DNA of 36,323 nt from a virus. The translations under genes were made by a program, and so were the position numbers. Within the stretch, counting starts at the first letter, position 1. Each line of letters opens with the position of its first letter. Below are positions 32,655 through 36,323 of the stretch, piece after piece. The stretch covers positions 1 to 36,323 of IMG/VR virus record IMGVR_UViG_3300038317_000069. One strand, written 5' to 3'. The notes beneath the pieces were generated by a model, which was given only the letters and a program-made list of their open reading frames with translations, made no database searches and was not told where the DNA came from.

Positions 32655-33314
32655 ATGAAGAAGGAACTAAAAGGGTTTGTTATTGGTGTTATTATAACAG
32701 TAATGCTAATGAGTACTGTCGCCTTTGCAGGAGGGGTGAAACAGAAGATAGAAGTAGCACTTAATTCAATAAACATAGCTGTAAATGGAAAACCAGTGAA
32801 GGCAGATAATATTTTATACAAAGGGACAACTTATGTACCATTAAGGGCAATATCTGAAATGTTAAGGGAAGATGTAGATTGGAATGGAGATACTAATACA
32901 GCTAGCATTAATGATAAGGATTTAAATAAAGCAGACCCAAAAGACGTAATAGGGAAATCTGATTTACCTTATACAGTAAGAGCAAAGAACGATATGGCTA
33001 TTACCATTAATTCTTATGAAGCAAGTAAAAGTGGCATAAAGTTAAATGTAACGATGACAAATCATTCTAGTGTGTCAGATAAAGGTAAAATAATGTTATC
33101 CACCTACGATATTTATGATGGAAAAGAAACATTAAAGTTTATTAGTATGGACAGAGTATTTTATGACACAGATTATTTAAGGGCTGGGCAATCAGTAACC
33201 GGAGATGTAATCTATTCAGGATTATCACATGAAACAGATACTTTCACATTGTATGGTAAGCTATGGCAATATATAGACACGGAAGAATTTAAGATTACTT
33301 TTAAAGTAGAATAA
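32655..33314 (+). CDS. Secreted or membrane-anchored moron protein: copper-amine-oxidase-N-like domain plus DUF4352-like beta domain
   Basis: ATG 32655 after GGGAGG. Signal/anchor KGFVIGVIITVMLMSTVAFA. VNGKPVKADNILYKGTTYVPLRAISEMLREDVDWNGDTNTASI matches the Cu-amine-oxidase N-terminal-like fold. The C-terminal beta-rich domain has MAITINSYEASKSGIKLNVTMTN. The track start 32592 is the -35 box. Confidence 0.7.
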   Translation: MKKELKGFVIGVIITVMLMSTVAFAGGVKQKIEVALNSINIAVNGKPVKADNILYKGTTYVPLRAISEMLREDVDWNGDTNTASINDKDLNKADPKDVIGKSDLPYTVRAKNDMAITINSYEASKSGIKLNVTMTNHSSVSDKGKIMLSTYDIYDGKETLKFISMDRVFYDTDYLRAGQSVTGDVIYSGLSHETDTFTLYGKLWQYIDTEEFKITFKVE

Positions 33315-33319
33315 TAAAA

Positions 33320-33346
33320 AGGCATCCTTTTGGATGTCTTTTTTAT
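33320..33346 (+). terminator. Rho-independent terminator of the moron
   Basis: AGGCATCC (33320-33327), loop TTTT, GGATGTCT (33332-33339), then TTTTTT. Confidence 0.75.
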
Positions 33347-33371
33347 GCCTAAAAATAGGTAGGTGACGAAA

Positions 33372-36323
33372 TTGGCGATAAATGCAGGTAGTATAGTAGC
33401 AAGTTTAGATTTAAATACTGGACAGTTTTCAACTAAGCTAGAAAAAGCACAAAAACAAGCAGACGGGTTTGCAGAAAAGTTAAAAGGATATGGTGGAGCA
33501 TTTGAGGAGTTAGGAAAAGGGCTTACATTAGGAGTTACTGCTCCATTAACTGCTATAGGTGTTGCAGCAGGGAAGATTGGAATGGATTTTGAGGCAGGCA
33601 TGAGCAGGGTACAGGCAATATCCGGAACAACTAAAGATGAAATGAGTAAGTTGAGCGAACAAGCCTTGCAACTTGGTGCTGATACTGCTTTTAGTGCAAG
33701 TGAAGTAGCATCGGGTATGGAAAATTTGGCAAGCGCTGGATTTAATGCAAATGAGATTATGGAAGCTATGCCTGGGCTACTTGATTTAGCAGCTGTTTCA
33801 GGAGGGGATATTGCTCAATCTTCCGAAGTTGCTGCTAGTGCGTTACGTGGCTTTGGTCTTGAAGCAGGTGAAGCAGGGCATGTGGCAGATGTCTTTGCAA
33901 GGGCGGCAGCTGATACTAATGCAGAAACAGCAGACATGGGAGAAGCTATGAAATATATAGCTCCTGTGGCTCATGCTATGGGATTAAGTCTTGAAGAAAC
34001 TGCGGCTGCTATTGGAATCATGTCTGATGCGGGAGTTAAAGGGTCACAGGCAGGTACTACATTACGTGGAGCTTTATCTAGGTTAGCCAAACCTACAAAA
34101 GCAATGAACGAAGTTATGGATGATTTGGGTATTTCTTTTTACGATTCCGAAGGTAAAATGGTATCTTTAAAAGACCAAATTGCAATACTGCAGGATGCAA
34201 CTAAAGGTATGACACAGGAGCAGAAAAATCAAATGCTTGTTACCTTGTATGGGCAAGAATCCCTTTCCGGTATGTTAGCATTGGTTGATGCAGGCCCTGA
34301 AAAGCTTGACACCCTTACGACAAGTTTGGAAGAGTCAAACGGTGCTGCTGCAAAAATGTCGGATACCATGATGGATAATACAAAAGGCAAATGGGAAGAA
34401 ATGATGGGGGCATTAGAAACGGCCGGCATTAAAGTATTTAATGTGATAGCACCTGCAATAACAAAAATTGCAGAGAAAGTTGGAGAATTGGCGGATAAAT
34501 TTTCAAATCTTAATCCCAAAACTCAAGAAACCATAGTTAAAATGGCAGGAATTGCCGCTGCTATTGGCCCTGTTTTAGTTGTAGGCGGCAAAATGGCTAA
34601 CGGCATAGGCTCTATCATAGGATTGTTTTCTAAATTTGGTGCAGGAGCTAATATAGCGACTACTGCTGCAAGTGCATTAGGAGGAGCAAGCGGTTTAGGT
34701 AGCGTTATTACTACTGGTACAGAAGCAGGAGGTGTGATAGCCTCTCTAGGCGGAGCAGCAGGAAGCGGAGGAATATTAGGAAGTTTAACTTCTGGATTAG
34801 GTACAAGTTTAGCAGCTATGAATCCCTGGGCTCTTGGAATAGCAGGAGCTGGTGCAGTTGCTTATGGACTATACAAGTGTTTAAGTGAGGATTCGATACC
34901 GGCTGTACAGATATTTGATGACACTATATCTGAAGGTACTCAAAAGGCTGTAGGTAGTTTTTTAGAGTTTAACGATAAAGTAACTCTTGCTTTAGACCAA
35001 TTAGCTTGGAGTGGTCAAACAGTAACAGGAGAAATGGCAGAAAACATATCAGGAAACTTTTCACAGATGGCAGCTGATATTCAAGCTGGGCTAGATAAGA
35101 ACTATGAAGAGTCTTTAGGAAAGATGCAAAATTTTGTAACCGGCAGCACTTCTCTTTCAAAAGAAGAGCAGGACCAGATATTAAATAATATGCAAGAGGG
35201 TTATGAAAATAGAAAGCAAAGTGTATCTGATGGTGAAGCAAGGATAAAAGAGATACTTGATACAGCTTCCAGTAAAAAAAGAGCCTTAACTAAATCAGAG
35301 CAGGAAGAAATAAATTCTATTCAAGAGGACATGGTAAACACAGGAATTAATGTTCTATCTGAAGGTGAAGTGGAATCTAAGTCTATTATGGAAAGAATGA
35401 AAGCTCAAGCTGGAGAAATTACAGCTACTCAAGCTGCAGAAGTTGTTAAGAATAGTTTGGAGCAAAAAGATAAAAGCATTAAAGCAGCCAATGAGCAATA
35501 TAACGATGTAGTAAAAGAAATTATCAGGCAAAGAGATGAAGCTGGAACTATTACTAAAGAACAAGCTGATAAACTAATTGAAGAAGCTACTCGTCAAAGA
35601 GATGAATCTGTTAAAAAAGCAGAAGAAATGCATACAAATGTAGTCAATGAAGCTAAAGCACAGGCTAAAGAGCATGTAAATGAAGTAGATTGGGAAACTG
35701 GTGAAATAAAAACCAAATGGCAAATAATGTGGGAAGATATAAAAAAGTATGCTAAAAAAGCAGGCCAAGCATTTTTAGATCTTGCAAAAGCAATTCCAGG
35801 GTACCTTAAAGATGTGCCAAGTAAAATGTTTAATATAGGTAAGGATATTATAAATGGTCTAATAAATGGTATTAAATCACTTGCACATAAAGTAACGGAG
35901 ACAGTTTCTAATGTAGCGCATTCTATTTCAAATGGATTTAAGAAAGTATTAGGAATTCATTCTCCTTCAAAGGTATTTGAAAAGTTTGGAAAATTTACAG
36001 TTGAAGGTTATGTAGAAGGAATAGAAAAAAATAAATACAAGGCTATTAAGTCAGTAGAAGATATGGGGAACATGGTAATAAAACAATATGATAAGTTGGG
36101 AGACGCAGTTATAACAGCCTTGCAAAATAAGTATAAAGAAGAAGAGAGAATACAATTAGATAGTCTTAGAACACAAACAGAAAATGTTAAACGAGAAACT
36201 GATGAAAGATTAAGACAATATGATAGAGAATTACAAGCTAAGCTGAAAGTATTAGATTTAGAAACAACAGATGCTGAAAAAGAAATACAAGACCAAATAG
36301 ATGCTATTAATAATAAGACTAAG
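33372..36323 (+). CDS. Tail tape measure protein, N-terminal part (runs off the window end and continues at base 1)
   Basis: Not in the ORF track because it has no stop in the window.
- TTG 33372, 5 nt after AGGTGA (GTG 33363 is also possible; TAG at 33360-33362 closes the frame upstream).
- LAINAGSIVASLDLNTGQF...MSRVQAISGTTKDEMSKLSEQALQLGADTAFSASEVASGMENLASAGF...AMKYIAPVAHAMGLSLEE is the TP901-type TMP core.
- A glycine-rich hydrophobic centre follows.
- Joined to 1..1110 through the overlap, this gives 3963 nt (1320 aa). Confidence 0.9.
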   Translation, partial: MAINAGSIVASLDLNTGQFSTKLEKAQKQADGFAEKLKGYGGAFEELGKGLTLGVTAPLTAIGVAAGKIGMDFEAGMSRVQAISGTTKDEMSKLSEQALQLGADTAFSASEVASGMENLASAGFNANEIMEAMPGLLDLAAVSGGDIAQSSEVAASALRGFGLEAGEAGHVADVFARAAADTNAETADMGEAMKYIAPVAHAMGLSLEETAAAIGIMSDAGVKGSQAGTTLRGALSRLAKPTKAMNEVMDDLGISFYDSEGKMVSLKDQIAILQDATKGMTQEQKNQMLVTLYGQESLSGMLALVDAGPEKLDTLTTSLEESNGAAAKMSDTMMDNTKGKWEEMMGALETAGIKVFNVIAPAITKIAEKVGELADKFSNLNPKTQETIVKMAGIAAAIGPVLVVGGKMANGIGSIIGLFSKFGAGANIATTAASALGGASGLGSVITTGTEAGGVIASLGGAAGSGGILGSLTSGLGTSLAAMNPWALGIAGAGAVAYGLYKCLSEDSIPAVQIFDDTISEGTQKAVGSFLEFNDKVTLALDQLAWSGQTVTGEMAENISGNFSQMAADIQAGLDKNYEESLGKMQNFVTGSTSLSKEEQDQILNNMQEGYENRKQSVSDGEARIKEILDTASSKKRALTKSEQEEINSIQEDMVNTGINVLSEGEVESKSIMERMKAQAGEITATQAAEVVKNSLEQKDKSIKAANEQYNDVVKEIIRQRDEAGTITKEQADKLIEEATRQRDESVKKAEEMHTNVVNEAKAQAKEHVNEVDWETGEIKTKWQIMWEDIKKYAKKAGQAFLDLAKAIPGYLKDVPSKMFNIGKDIINGLINGIKSLAHKVTETVSNVAHSISNGFKKVLGIHSPSKVFEKFGKFTVEGYVEGIEKNKYKAIKSVEDMGNMVIKQYDKLGDAVITALQNKYKEEERIQLDSLRTQTENVKRETDERLRQYDRELQAKLKVLDLETTDAEKEIQDQIDAINNKTK
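36225..36323. repeat. Terminal overlap copy 2, identical to 1..99
   Basis: 99/99 identity with bases 1-99 by direct comparison. Confidence 0.97.

Noticed and set aside
33212-35768. Minus-strand ORFs 33212..33601, 34229..34519, 34969..35241, 35355..35564 and 35574..35768
   Set aside because: All lie antisense to the open-ended tape measure ORF, which the track omits because it has no stop in the window. The + strand translation carries clear TMP motifs, so these are shadows.
1-36323. CRISPR arrays, a diversity-generating retroelement, retron, tRNA or rRNA genes
   Set aside because: I saw no regularly spaced repeat-spacer pattern, no reverse-transcriptase motif (YxDD context) in any ORF, and no long template/variable repeat pair near the fibre genes. 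This is visual inspection only, so a covariance-model scan is still advisable.

Overview
The window is one complete, circularly permuted genome of about 36.2 kb from a temperate-type siphovirus. It is AT-rich and uses AGA/AAA-type codons. An SLH-like lysin tail and a copper-amine-oxidase-N-like domain point to a Clostridia-like Firmicute host.

Bases 1-99 are identical to 36225-36323, so the contig closes on itself. The tape measure gene runs off the 3' end and continues at base 1. That is why the ORF track misses its first ~2.95 kb.

Nearly all genes are on the + strand. In order:
- tape measure 3' end, Dit, Gp37-like tail tip with a carbohydrate-binding-like C-terminus, and a fibre module
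- XhlA-like protein, GH25 endolysin and holin
- a small accessory cassette and a candidate attP region
- (minus strand) a decayed tyrosine integrase and a CI-like repressor
- Cro/Xis-like early genes
- replication and recombination genes: Gam-like, Sak4-like ATPase, free-standing HNH, SF2 helicase, DUF669 SSB, prim-pol/SF3 primase-helicase, iteron-like origin
- VRR-NUC, MazG-like and a sigma-r4-like late regulator
- terS, terL, portal, MuF, scaffold, capsid, connectors, major tail protein, chaperone pair, and the tape measure 5' part

Observations that stand out:
1. terL is split by an 895-nt group I intron carrying a NUMOD4/HNH homing endonuclease. The splice sites can be placed by eye.
2. 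The MuF head protein has a ~280-aa C-terminal extension with an HExxH motif. Two small genes follow it, one with a second HExxH, and then a terminator. This matches a MuF-fused effector/immunity layout.
3. A self-contained promoter-RBS-CDS-terminator moron sits between the tail chaperones and the tape measure gene.
4. A polytopic membrane protein is embedded among the head-tail connector genes.
5. The integrase is N-terminally truncated and frameshifted. The helicase is broken at its Walker A motif.
6. The tail chaperone extension lies in the +1 frame, not the usual -1 frame.

I could not identify any tRNA, rRNA, CRISPR array or reverse transcriptase by eye. All family names come from motif recognition and synteny, not from searches.
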